Assembly (NCBI GenBank): GCA_051294905.1
Contig: CM119371.1
Coordinates: 24,554,001 to 24,618,000 of the forward strand
Source: Botryllus schlosseri
Lineage: Eukaryota
Direction: 5' to 3'
Length of the DNA stretch: 64,000 bases
The translations under genes were made by a program, and so were the position numbers. This document shows, one piece after another, positions 12,213-25,229 of this stretch. Each line of letters opens with the position of its first letter. Positions within the stretch are counted from its first letter, which is position 1. The notes beneath the pieces were generated by a model. It did not search any database. It was not told the origin of the DNA and saw only the letters and a program-made list of their open reading frames with translations.

Positions 12213-15200
12213 CTCAACACACATGTAATCTACGTGCTGGGTAGGCTATTTCTGTTATGTCCGTGATTTATTTATCAGTTTGACAAGTGAAATACAAAAT
12301 ATAGATGGAAATGAGGTTTTCGTATAGCTTCACCGGCGCCTACGATATTCATATCGTAGGCCTCGGCTTCCCTTTATTATGAAAATTGGAGATCATGATA
12401 AAGACTGGGAATTTCATGTTGTCTGTGGAACACGCCGATGAAATTTTGATGGTTGGCTCATGATTTCACTCAATGCCAACAGGTGGAAACGGAGTTATTG
12501 CCGTCGAAAAATTCCGATTCGAATAAAATAGTATTCACGGTGGCCACAACTATAATAAATAATTGAAGAATTGGCCACCGTAAATACTATTTTATTAAAA
12601 TCCAAATTTGACAGCTATAGTTTGTTCAATTATTTTCACCTTGGGATTCGCGTATATGCTACTAAGCTGTTACGACTTCGGAACGCGCACATGCGAGTGA
12701 TTTGTTTCCGTAGCTCCGAACTTGAGAATCGCTTGCCTGCGTCTAATGAAAATAGGTCGTAAAATGTCGAGCCTGCAGAGACCGTAACTTGTATACATAA
12801 AATCAAGTTTAAAAATATGGACGGATGACTTATCTCTGACCAATAGAATGATCTAACCGCCTATAGTTTAGTGGGGTATTGCTATATAATGTATATCCAA
12901 ACAATCGTTGCAGACTCTGAATGTTACCAAGGTCCTTATCACAAAAAAATCATGCATCAGAGCGTAGGGATTAATATTATCAAGTCGCAGCGCTCAAAAT
13001 CGCATTTTATATTAAATAATTAGTGACGATGTGTAGAATTTTGATATATCATCATAAAACTACACCTAGTTCAGCGTTACTCATATTATCCGTGAAAATT
13101 TTAATTATAACACAACATAATTGTGCGCCTGCGGCTATAGTCCGTTGGCGTTTTAGTGCTGATTAAATTATTCTTATACTCGACATGCAAAGTAAATTTG
13201 CGGGTATTCGAATGAAGCCCTATTCAGTTGTAGTACGCGTTCATATTAGGTCGTGAAATGCGGAGAACTCGGGAATCGAAACCGCGATCCGTCTGCACTC
13301 AAATTCGCATTTTATATTAATTAATTAGTGACGATGTGTAGAATCGTATCTGTTCTGTATTTGTCGCTCGCATGTCGTCAAATGAAACGACTTGATCGTT
13401 AAGTCAAATCGAACATGTTTCCAGCCCTGATGTTACCTCACGAAGTTATGAATCAGTTTAAAATTTGATGTTTTATTTATTTTATCGATGGACCAGCCTT
13501 CAACATTGCATCTTGAAATTAAAGTATGAAATTGTAATATACCTGGCGGCGGTTGAGAACCACTGCTTTATGTGATATTAAAAATGTCAGCATATACTTC
13601 AGCATTGTGGCATAAGGTAGCCCAAGTCGTCGTTAGTTATCATATATTTCGCAGAAACGTAAGGTTAAAATTAGAAATATCACGTAACGTGACATCATTG
13701 GCGAACGTACGCGTTCACATGAACCAGAAACTTTCAAAGGTTCGCGCGATCCCTAATATCAATGACAATTCATGATTCCCGAGTTTTATTATGCAAGAAA
13801 ATAGATCATCCCCAATCTAATTTAAATGACATCTGTAAATCAATCGGCTATGGTCAAAAATTGTTTTACAGCTCTCCAATCTGGAAATACATGATGTCAA
13901 AATGCCAGCCGAAAATTACCCCGAAATTGCAACTATACTCAAGTCCGTCGAATGCAAAAATATAATGTTTGATAACTGCAAATTGACGAGAAGGAAACTA
14001 TCTGAATTTTACACTGGATGCAAAGACAACCGTCTATTGGTAAGTTCAATTAATGCACCCGAAACGTGCATTTTTGGGATTGGAAATCGTTGTTGTTTGT
14101 GGTATTCATGGTTTTCATCGACTACAATGGTCAATTAAACCAACCCGACATTTCTTATTCTTGATTCCGAAACTGTAGACTTGTAGCACGGCTTCATTCA
14201 CGGCTTGGCTTGTTAAGACACTGCCTACGCGGATGAGATGGCGACCGGCAGTCAATGTCATATGATAGGGTAACCATAGTTTGTGCTTCAAATTCCGGAC
14301 ACTCTTTAGCGCCTACTAGCTGGTTTTTAAATGAGATATGAACACTTTGTATGTCAATATGACGTGACACTAGCAAAGCATCGCCTTTCAGCTGCAAACA
14401 GGAGAGTAACATATGCTGATTGCTGTATTTGTATTGTATTCCCATTTGGTCTGCGGCAGATTCATACACGGGCCCGATGAAATAGTCGGTCGTGTAGTTA
14501 ACAGCCCTGCTACAATGTTAGATAGCTGCATGGATGTGGTTGTATCTTGTAATAGGGACCTAAACAACATTTCTTTCATAACCTTCGCTGATCCAGTAAC
14601 CTTGAGCCCACCACACTTCATCTGAAATTACTGAAATCGCAAATGAAAATTGTAGTTAAATTATGGAATTTTTACGAATTGATATATGCTTATGAAAATA
14701 CAATGTTTAGAATATTATTTATTTTAGTGGTTCACCGTACAAATAATTAAGATTTAGATTGAAAAAGGAACTATCGAATACCAATTTCATAGGATTGCTA
14801 GTACACATATGTTTAAACTGAGATACATTTCTATCCATGTCTCCCAACACCGCCCCTGAGCCCAGCGCCAGCCCCATGAGCTTTCCCGCTCCCCATAGTG
14901 AGCGCTGACATCACCGAGATTTAAAAAAGCCATCCTCAATCTATTCGTCCAACTTAGTTATGAACGTAAGACTGTGCCGATTCGCAAGACAGAATGAAAT
15001 TTCATTATCTGAGCAACGATAGGCTTATGAACATGTGGATTCTGCGCTTTGTCAAGCTTCAGAACACACATTGTTGACAGCTTCATAATCAGCATGGCCG
15101 ACATCAACATAATTTATTACTGTTACAAACATTTTTAACTTGATGTTTTAATATAAAATTACAATTTTGCTCCTAACCAAGATATTTCCGTTTTTATTTT

Positions 15201-15373
15201 CTTAGTTGTTTACCAAACGAAGTGTTTAAAAAAATGCGAATAATCATCTGATTCCTTGAATTCATCATTCCATCTTTCCTCACAGTGTTTGACGATTTGC
15301 GATCGTACTTCCTTGATTGACAACGAGATTTGTTCGATCTCACGAGCTGGAGTTCGGCACGCAGCGCTTCTGG

Positions 15374-15702
15374 CTATAGCTGATCAGCCTGCTCGTTTTG
15401 ACCCACTCCTATGTGCCCAGGAATCCATATAATGTGCGTCATTATGTTGCTCCGCGACAGATTTCGGCAAGACAGAATAATTTCAGTAATTAAAAAATTC
15501 TCATACTGACGGTTGGCTATGGCCCAAATGGCACCCAGACTGTCTGAAAAAATAGCTAATTCACACTGTGGGCGAAGATTGTTTTCAGCCCATAAAAGAC
15601 CCTTTAATATCCCGACAAGCTCCGCAGTAAATACGGACACTTGTTGTGGGAGAGCGACATTAAAAGAATACTTAACACTCTCGACGAAGAATCCTGCGCC
15701 CC
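15374..15702 (-). pseudogene. LINE B RNase H domain
   Basis: SVFTAELVGI, IFSDSL, WIPGHIGVGQNEQADQL. Confidence 0.85.
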
Positions 15703-15710
15703 ATCCGTGG

Positions 15711-17837
15711 CACTGGCGTAGCAGCATGTGCTGCCGCCCCTGGCTCTCGCTAAAATGCCGCCCCCTAAGTAGACCGCAGCAAATTTCGACATAGATTCAT
15801 GCTCAAGCAATCTTTTCAATGAAAATTAATACAAATAATATCCCGCGTCTCAGCCTCACCGTCTCAACGTTAATAAGGCAAAAAATATTAAAGACGTAGC
15901 GAACGAATGTGTTCCATTTTCGAGTCCTAATTCAAGTCCTGTATAAATTTAAGCACACTCTGTCTATCTGACAATTATTACTAACTTAAACAGTTCCTAG
16001 GACCGGTTTACCTTCACAGCTATCTCGGTCTGATGTACCAAATCATAACCCAGAGTAGAGATCACTAGCATACGGATAGATTGGCAAGGGGTGTTAAAAA
16101 AATTTCTTCAAATTTTATTGGTTTAGTTGTCAAATCGTCAGGTTACCTGAAAAAGGCTGCACACCAAATTTGACTCAATTCCAACCATCAGCAGCCGAGG
16201 TCAGTCAAATTGAAATTTCGGTCATTTTGAAAATAATAGTATTTACGGTGACCAATTTCGTCACGGCGACATGACTAAAAACTGTGTTCCAGGTATACCT
16301 GAAGACCCAGGGATGTCTTTTCCACTTGTTTTGATCTTGACAAGGGCCTTTGGTAGAGTTTGGATGAAAACATCGCCAATAAACGAAAAAGAGATATGAC
16401 ACGGATTAGCTGGAAATTAGTCCTCTTCATTGAAACAGCCACGTTAAAAGACTGGTGAGACAGTTTTCAAATAGAGTACTTTACGCACTGAAATTGCCGA
16501 CCACGAAATAAAATGAAGTGACAAGCAGCTGAAATGCGGATAAATATATTTCTCAAGTGATATTCTTATCTAAGAGTATTTTTGTCGGACCAATTTAGCT
16601 GCAGGGAAACTCAATGGTAACCCACTGAGCTTATAAAGAACATTAGTCATTTCTGGTCTTTAAATATCATCTGAACACCCCCCCCCCTTCCTGTCATAGA
16701 GTAATAATTAGTCATATAATTTGCCTGAGTGAGTACTATAGGAGTGCTGCAGAGCCAATAATAGAATATCATATAGTATCAAATTGTGTCGTGAAGAAAT
16801 CTACATTGGACCGACAAACAATATAGATATTGACTATCACTTGATAAATATATTCACCCGTATTTTGCGTGCTTATTATCAGTTCATTTCCATTTCGTGG
16901 TCGTGAATTTCAGTAAGTAAAGTACTCGTGAAAATCATCCCACCATCGTTTTGACATGTCTATTTCAGTGAAGTGGATTAATTTCCAGCTCATCCGTTTC
17001 ATATCTTTTTCTCGTTCACTGGCTATGTCTTCATCCAAACTCCACCATACGCCCTTGTCAAGATCAAAACATGTGGAAAAGAAACCCCTGCATTTTCAGG
17101 CATAACTGTAAAATGAATTTGGTCATGTCGGCCATTGGTCACCGTAAAAACAAATATTTCAAACATCACTGAAATTTCAATTTGACTGATCTCGGGCTCT
17201 ACTGGCTGGAGTTGAGTCAAATTTGGTGTGCAACGTTTTGTTAGGTAACCTGACGACTTGACAACCAAGCCGATGAAATTTGAAAAAAAAAGTTTTTTTT
17301 ACACCCCTAATGGGCAAATTAGTTGTCACACTTGAATTCCCAGACAAGTCTCATGCTGCGACAGCTAAAAGCAGCATAATTGGTCATGGTCATCCTATAG
17401 TTGACCATGCCCTCCGAGCGCTTGAACTTAACAATACTGATCTTAATCGAAAGCTATGGTTGCCCTGATGCCGGAAATACTGTTTGAATGCTGGTCTAAA
17501 AATCGGCGTTATTCCGAATAATCGCTCGATATTATTTCTACTATCATGGGCGATTGGTCAACCTGTTGCGGCGCTCCGATTGTTAGGAACAATCGGCCTT
17601 GATGGCGATTTTGGAGTGGTTCGATTGCCATGTTATTATACTCGGAATCAGCGCGACACTAGCTTTCGATTGAGACCAGTCCGATTAAGTAATTGCTCAT
17701 GAGACGCCAGCTATAGAACTAGCAATTACGCTGCTTTTAGCCGGCTGTGAACACTGTGCAGCCTCATTTTGCCGCCCCCTTGGAGCCTGCCGCCCCTGGC
17801 GCAGAGCCAGAATCGCCAGGTGGCTGCTATGCCACTG
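15711..17837. mobile_element. Non-autonomous hAT-type element
   Basis: TIR CACTGGCGTAGCAGC / GCTGCTATGCCACTG; TSD ATCCGTGG (15703-15710, 17838-17845). Confidence 0.85.
16088..17307. mobile_element. Nested long-TIR MITE (possibly PIF/Harbinger)
   Basis: ~500-bp diverged inverted arms, GGGGTGT...ACACCCC; flanks CAA/TAA. Confidence 0.65.
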
Positions 17838-18156
17838 ATCCGTGGTCGTTTTTAGAGCCGTCATTGTAGATTCTTGTGTGGTTCCTACATTTTTCATTAA
17901 GGTACTGGTTACAAGTTAGTTCAATTACAGTAGGGTGGTGAAAATTGACAATTTTGGAATACAAACTGTCGTCCACACATATATAAATATCATCCCACGG
18001 GGGAATAGGCAGGGATTGTATCCGATGAACATGTAGCTCATCCAGCCACCGAAGTCTACTCAACATGTTGAATGTAATGAATCGCTGAGAGTCCGGAAAA
18101 ATTTCATGCCATGATTGTATTATCAAGTTGCGGCAGGGGTGATTGTCTCTTGCTCT

Positions 18157-18332
18157 TGTTTCTTGCTGTACATTTATTATGGCTTCCATGTGCCATCAAC
18201 CAGAGATGATATAAGAGATAAAGCGGTCAAGCACGAGTGATGCGGTCATGCACAGTTGGGTAAGGCATGACGTCATACCTTGCTACTTTACAGGGAAGCA
18301 TCATCATAATACATACAATAACCCACGTAACA
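18157..18332 (-). repeat. 3' LTR of Gypsy 2
   Basis: TG...CA; identical by eye to 22483-22658. Confidence 0.95.
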
Positions 18333-18405
18333 TCCCCGTCTCAAAACATCACAAAATAATAGAAAACGAAGCGAACCGATTAACGATATAAATTACAGCA
18401 ACGAA

Positions 18406-20137
18406 TCAAGTTGTAACATAGTCTTGCAAGTATGCTGGTCGAATTACTGTACGGCTTGGTCTGCTGCTACTGGAACCAGATAACGACCCATTAGTGTCGC
18501 TGTTCACTACTGCTGGTCTGGCAATCGAAATGTCGTCAAAGTCAAATGCAACATGCGGGCGAGTTACAGTAGCTCGAATAAACTTTCTGTTGCGTCGGTA
18601 GATCGTTCCATCTGTCGCCTTAACAATGTACGATCGATCATTCAGTTGCTTAATCACCACCGCTTCGAGCCACAAGCCATTTTCTGTCCTTTTGAATCGA
18701 ACCTGTTGACCAGGACTCAACAGGGCGAGGTCTTTTGCACCACGATTGTAATACTTTGCCTGTTTTCTTTTTCGATCCATAAGCGATGGAATGACATCAG
18801 AAACAATTTTCGGCTCAAGCAGTTTAGTTGCTATTGGTAACAAGGTCTTGGTGCGCCTTCCAAATAGCCTCTGTGCTGGAGAGCCAGGAACAGTCTCGCC
18901 TGGAGTGTTCCTCCAATCCAATAGTACAATACTTATGTCTTTTTTTGTCAGTTGTCGCTTTACGAAGTAACGATTTGAAGATTTTGACAGCTGATTCCGC
19001 CTTTCCATTCGATTGGCTGTGTCCTGGAGAGCTAGTCACATGTTCAAACTCATATTCCTTTGCAAATGCCTCGAAGTCATGAGCAGCATAGCATGGAACA
19101 TTGTCAGTAATCAATTTGTCGCAGATTCCATGACGTGCCATATGTGATTTTAAGCGGCGAATAACTGCTGTAGAAGTCTGTGAGGTTAGCCGATCTACCT
19201 CAAAATAATCCGAGTAGTGATCAACTGTAATCAAATAATGTTGTCCGTCAAATTCACATAAATCGCTACTGAGTATTTGCCAAGGACGTCCTGGTACCGG
19301 ATGTGAAATCAGACTTTCCTTCTGTTGGTTGGGTTGGTGTAAGCCACATGTGGGACAGCTTGATACGAAGTCCGTAATATCGTTAACCATGTTGGGCCAA
19401 TACAAACATTCACGAGCCCGGCGTACACAACCTTGAATTCCAACATGACTTGCATGAAGTCGCTTGAGAATAGTGCCTTTTATGGACGACGGTATGACAA
19501 TACGATCACCCTTCAGAACGATTTGATCCTGAAATGTCAACTCCTCTTTAAAACAGTAGAAATTTCGAATTGATTGGGGTACCAGCTTGGCTTCATTCGG
19601 CCACCCATGTTTTATAAAAGAGATTAACGTGTTCATGACAGAATCAGAGATTGTTGCTCTGCTGACCATGCCGAGCGTTGAGCTTGATACCGGTATATCA
19701 TTCAACATGTCGATATGTTCAATCTGTTGAAAGATATCAAACACATCAGCAGTTTCTGCGTCTTTGGGTGACTTCGGAATGTACGCACGCCTCAACGTAT
19801 CCGCCACAAATAATTGTGATCCAGGCTTGTATATCACCTCGAAGTCATACTTTTGGAGCTGAAGTAACATGCGCTGTAACCGTTTTGGTGCATTAACCAG
19901 ACTTTTCTTTGTGATCACTTTCAGAGGTTTGTGATCGCTTTCTACTGTTACAAATCTGCCATAGACATATAGCTCAAATTTTTCCATGGCAAAGAGAATA
20001 GCAAGCAATTCTTTTCCGATTTGCGCATAGTTGCACTCCGTTGTTGTCAACGCCCGTGAAGCATAGGCAACAGGGTGAGAGTTTTGCAATACACAGCATC
20101 CTAGCCCCTTTGAACTGGCATCACATTGCAGTACCAT
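18406..20137 (-). pseudogene. Gypsy 2 RNase H plus integrase (frameshift near 18950)
   Basis: CDASSKGLG, SDHKPL, HASHVG...CPTC, VDHYSDY, TDN, SNGKAESAV. Confidence 0.92.
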
Positions 20138-20186
20138 AGGTGCGTGTCGAAGTATTGTAAAACTGGCGCGTTGATCAAGGTTTGTT

Positions 20187-21403
20187 TTATTTTCTCAAAC
20201 CATGTCCCATGTAGGATTGGATCCCATATGAACGCGTTGTCTTTTTTAGGAGTTCGCGGATGGGAGCGGTTATATCTGAAAGCTTTGGGGCAAAACGCTG
20301 CAGAAAATTTGTCATCGCTAAAATTCTCTGGACGCCCTGCTTATCCGTTGGAGGGGGCATTTTTATGATGCCTTCAATTTTGCTCGATGAGGGTTTTAGA
20401 CCATCTTTTGAGATGGTATGGCCTAAGTAGGGCACTTAAGTCTGCAGATAGCGTAGTTTCGCTTTATTCAGTTTAATACCAGTTTGTTGACAGCGTTTCA
20501 ACAGTTCAAAGAACTTTTTCTTATTGTCCATAGTCGCCTCTTCAACAGTATCGCCCACACCATAAATCAAGATGTCATCCGCGACGGGCGTGATTCCTTC
20601 CAGGCCGTCCAGCGCTATCTTCAGTCTTCTCATGAACTCCTCCGGTGCTGGGCTGATTCCGGAAGGCAGTCGGAGCCATCTGTAACGACCATATGGAGTA
20701 CCGAATGTAGTTAGATAACTACTAGTATCATCAAGTTCTACATGCCAAAATCCATTTTTTACATCACACAGTGTAAATACTTTGGCATTGTGCATATATG
20801 GTAACATATCATCAACTGTCGGCGTTTTAGAGCTTTGTTCAGCGCCAGGGGATCCAGGCACAAGCGGGTATCTCCAGATTGCTTTTTTACAGTGACCAGA
20901 TTAGATATCCAGGGAGTATGGCAATCCACGGGAGCTATTATGTCAGCATCAACCAAACTAACAATTTTCTCCTTCACTTGTGCTTCAAGTGCCAGGGGTA
21001 TTTTGCGAACAGGCATCTGTACAGGATTGATAGTGTCATCAATTTCCAGATGAAGTTTACCCTCTATCTTTCCCGTACCATTGAAAACATCCGAAAATTG
21101 TTCACATATTTGATCAAACTCCAGTGTAGCAAAATTGGCGAATTCAGGATCCTTCGCTGTAAGAGCTTGTACTGAAGGTTCCTCGATCATTATGTTTTCA
21201 AAATTGATCGTAATTAGTTTCATCCTTTGAGCATCGGCGGAACCAATGATGAAAGTGTTCGGATTCTCAACCACTACAAATTCTAGCAAGTAGTTTTCAC
21301 CATTCTTTTTATTGGTGATTTCCAACGTTGTTATTCCGAGAGGCCTTATCACTTCCTTATTATATACAACCAGTCTCATAGAAGTAGGTTTCAAGTTGAG
21401 CAT
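20187..21403 (-). pseudogene. Gypsy 2 protease C-terminus and RT (three frames)
   Basis: PWISNLV, RLCLDP, DVKNGFWHV, VADDIL, YLGH. Confidence 0.9.
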
Positions 21404-22401
21404 TTTGTGTCACCGGTTACATTCAAGTAATCTCGCCATGAAAGAACATTTACGGTTGCGCCACAATCAATTTGGAATTTTACATACATGTTAACCAGGT
21501 ATAACAGAGCAAATATTTCCTTAACATAGGATTCCTCCGTAGCACTCACATGTTCAAACGAAAGAACTTCGTCATCCTCTTCTTCATCCGACTCAATGCG
21601 ATCAGCTGATATCATCATCACAGTTGCCTGACATGCCACGGCAAAATGGTCTTTTCCGTTACAGCGTGAACAAGTTTTGCCGTTAGCCGGGCAATATCGC
21701 CGACCAAAAACATGCACCTTTCTACAAAACTTGCAGATTTTGGGGAGCTCTTCCGATTGAGGTGTACTACCATCATATCCTCGATGCATTTTAGAGTCCC
21801 TTTCAGCAGCTGGCCATTTCCTTTGCTTGTACTTATTTTGTATCGCATGAATTGCAACGTCATCTGACGTTAGAGTCATCTTTTCCATTTGCAGAGCAGT
21901 TGACTCAAACAATCTGCAGCTCGAAATACAGGAGTCCAATGTAAGTCCTGTCTCTTGTAGTTTTCTTCTCAGCACAACATCGGATATGCCACACACAATT
22001 TTGTCTCGGAGAAGCTCATCCTCCAAGGTTTTAAAATCACAGGTTTTTATCAGCCTTCGCAGCTGTTCGTAGTACGTGTTGAATGATTCATTTGAAGCTT
22101 GACTACGACTGAAAAAACAGTACCTCTCGTATATAATGTTGATCTTCCCAACACAGCGCTCCTCCATTTTCTTCAATACGACTGGGTAACTCTTGGCGTC
22201 ATCTTCTGATAAAGTAATGCCATCATAGACATCACACCCAGCTGGTCCAAGAGCCGCAATACGAATGGAATGTTCCTCTTTATTGAGTTTTGTAGCCACT
22301 TCATAATTCTCATAATGGCGCTTCCAGTTCTTCCAGTTGGTGGCCAAATCACCAGAGACAGTTAAAGGATCCGGATGGGGTATCACATATCTGAGATCCA
22401 T
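21391..22401 (-). pseudogene. Gypsy 2 gag plus protease start
   Basis: NWKNWKRHYENY, LRDKIVCGI, CKFC...H...C and CSRCNGKDHFAVAC, IDCGA. Confidence 0.9.
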
Positions 22402-22482
22402 ATAGTTGGATAAGATGATAAATCTTTATGCCGAGCTAATGACAGATTTAGAGCTCGCGAGTTCAGTTATCTTCTGACACCA

Positions 22483-22658
22483 TGTTTCTTGCTGTACATT
22501 TATTATGGCTTCCATGTGCCATCAACCAGAGATGATATAAGAGATAAAGCGGTCAAGCACGAGTGATGCGGTCATGCACAGTTGGGTAAGGCATGACGTC
22601 ATACCTTGCTACTTTACAGGGAAGCATCATCATAATACATACAATAACCCACGTAACA
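22483..22658 (-). repeat. 5' LTR of Gypsy 2
   Basis: TG...CA; PBS adjacent. Confidence 0.95.
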
Positions 22659-23872
22659 GCTCTAATGTTACACCGATATTTTAGGCAGGAATTCAAGTGT
22701 CTAATTTTTACGGGTGGTTCCCTGCAGGAGTGCTGTAGCGCATAAATGGGGGTGCTACGCATAGCACCGCTGCAAATCCTGAGTGCAGCATTCTGGATCG
22801 TTTGTATAGACTCCATTACGTAATTTGGCGAGAACAAATAAGATTCCTGTCCGTATTCAATAACTGATCTAATCAAGGACATGTAAAGAGCTAACAGGCA
22901 CTGTTTTGAATCACCCCAGGACGTACCTGCTAAGGAACGAAGAAGGTTTAGACGCGTAGTGCATTTTTCAACCACCATTCGGGAATGGCTTCGGTAATTA
23001 AGTTTGGAGTCAAAGATTACCCCCAAGTATTTATATCCCGCTTTAACTTGTACGGGAGAGTCGCATAGCCGTAAATTTATTTCAGGGTTTTTTCTCCGCC
23101 GGGTGAAAAGGACTGCCGCTGATTTCTTAATGTTAACTTTGAAACCCCACCGTATGCACCATTCCGAAACGTCGTCAAGTGAAATTTGAATTTTGCTAGT
23201 GAGTTCCGAGATTTGTAAATCTGACTCCCATAAATAGACGTCGTCGGCAAACAAGTTGACCCTCGATGCAATAACGTCAGGAATATCGTTTATCATGATT
23301 GTGAACAGCAACGGACAAATTACGCTTCCTTGAGCCGTGCCATTTTCTAATTCAAACGTATCCGACAACGAGGTACCAACGCGAACTTGGAAAGTGCGTC
23401 TGCTAAGGAACGAGTGTATCCAATTAATTATGTTACCAGACAGCCCAAGCCTTTGCAATTTGAAAATCACTCCTTCCCTCCAAACCATATCGTACGCCTT
23501 CCCAAAGTCGACAAAGACAGCTAATACTGATCTCTTGTTCAAAATGGACTTGTATACCTCGTCGTGAAGAAACATAATGCAGTCAGTGGTGGATCTTCCT
23601 GGTCGGAAACCACTTTGGTTGATGCTGAAAAGATTTCTATCTGTGAGCCACCAATTTAACCTATTTGTTACAAGTCTTTCCATAATTTTGCAAAGGTTGC
23701 TGGTAAGGTAGATTGGTCGGTAGGACGACGCAGCGTTGGTTGGTGTACCCTGTTTTGGCAGTGGAATGATTATGGAATGCATCCAAGAGTCTGGGCACCG
23801 TTGAGATGCCCAACATTTGTTTATTGATTCGAGCAGTTTAACTAAGCAATCTGTGTCCAAATTCAATATCAT
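22659..23872 (-). pseudogene. LINE B reverse transcriptase
   Basis: YRPIYLTS, QSGFRPGRST, DFGKAYD, GTAQGSVICPLLF, FADD, YKYLGVIFD. Confidence 0.9.
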
Positions 23873-24580
23873 CTTAGAGCATAGTCTGTCTTGGCCTGGA
23901 GATGTGTTTTTTCTAGGCTTGACTTGTCTTATACATCGAAATTAGAAAATTAGCTGGATGATAATGATTACCTTGGAATATGAGCTGTTTGATAACGATC
24001 CTTCACTGTTTAACCGCATACGCTTCCACCGTTAAATGCAACGTCGATTTGGTCGAAATTCCCTGATATTAGCTTGTATAGCAGCATCCTAAAATTGAAA
24101 AAATAACCATGAGGCTTAAACGTTTAGTTGACAATTTGGATTGGATTCGGAACGCCGAAGACATCCGAAACGTTTACTGATGTTGTATCCTTGACTTGCT
24201 TTATGCTTGCAAATAAGCGAGTTAAAATACAATTTAGCTACTCTCCTACGCATAATATATTACTCGCCAACAACATTTTTGATTTCACATTCACAGAGTA
24301 AGAGTCTGCCACTAATAGCAATCAGTCCTTGAATCTAACAAGAAGCAGATTTGTACATAGCCTATGACCAGGGGTCTTTAAATTGTACTTGAGTACAATT
24401 TAGCAAAAATAGCTTATTTTATACTCAACCACAATTTTAAATTATACTAAATTATACTCTTATGAAAAATGGCTTTCCTGGCGTAGGAGCGTACCATACT
24501 GAGACTTTCATGTGAAAACAAGCTCGTGTTATGCGTTACTCCACCTGCCGGTGTTTCAAGTTTAATGATCTAACCAAAAA

Positions 24581-25213
24581 TCACACAAGTTTCTGCAGCT
24601 CTTGAAACTGTTTTGCAGGAAGGCAGCCTTCGAGCGAGAAATCGGTCAGGCTCTCTCGGTAGTCATCCTTTTCAATTCCGATAGCGGAAAAATCTCCCTC
24701 CACTGGTGCCGTCGTTGGAGACACGGTCAAGAGCGTTCCGCAGAAGTCCTTTAAGGTGCGCAGGTGGATGTTCATACCCTCGAGGACACCCCAAGCGTCC
24801 CTGAAGCTGCTGTCAGGGCCCTCTTCCTCCAACGTAATGCGGAAATTGTCATGGTCTCTGTAAAAGTCCCGCAGTTGAGCGTGCTCCGTCTCGACATCCT
24901 AGAGGTTTTCTTCGGCCCACCCAGCTGCTCGAAGCCGTCCTGACTGTTCGCGAACCAAGTCAGAGACAGGTGAACGACGCAACTTAACCAGTTCCTTCGG
25001 GAGCGTCGGGGGTATCTCGTTGTTTTTGATGTCCGCGTTGTTTGCCAGGAGATCACAGACGCCATGAAGTAGGGTGCAAACCAGAAGGCCGGCTCCCCTC
25101 TGAACAGTTTTCCTTGTAGCCTCCGAGATGTCATCAAGTTTGGCCTGCACAAAAAGTTCCAAGTCGAGGATGAACTCCTGAACATTTGTCATGGAAACAG
25201 AAACTGATTCCAC
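24581..25213 (-). pseudogene. Transposase C-terminal region (hAT-like)
   Basis: PPTLPKELVKL; LKDFCGTLLTVSPTTAPVEGDFSAIGIEKDDYRESLTDFSLEG. Confidence 0.7.
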
Positions 25214-25229
25214 TCTGACGTATTCTAAT

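Larger units (their letters stand above)
18157..22658 (-). mobile_element. Two-LTR Ty3/Gypsy (Mag-like) retrotransposon 2, frameshifted
   Basis: 176-bp LTRs; 5-bp TSD GCTCT (18152-18156, 22659-22663); PBS TGGTGTCAGAAG 22471-22482; PPT ~18333-18345; gag-PR-RT-RH-IN order. Confidence 0.96.
15240..23925 (-). mobile_element. Decayed I-group LINE with RNase H (LINE B), split by Gypsy 2 and a hAT element
   Basis: RT 22659-23872; connector 17846-18151 ending IYNDGSKNDHG; continues WGAGFF...SVFTAEL...IFSDSL...WIPGHIGVGQNEQADQL at 15374-15702. Confidence 0.88.

Noticed and set aside
10184..13429. Possible TIR pair around GGAAACATGTTCGA
   Set aside because: Termini imperfect and no TSD; not called as one element.
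14150..14625. Possible host exon on the minus strand (tttcag acceptor near 14622)
   Set aside because: Stops interrupt the candidate frames, no recognisable domain, no partner exons.
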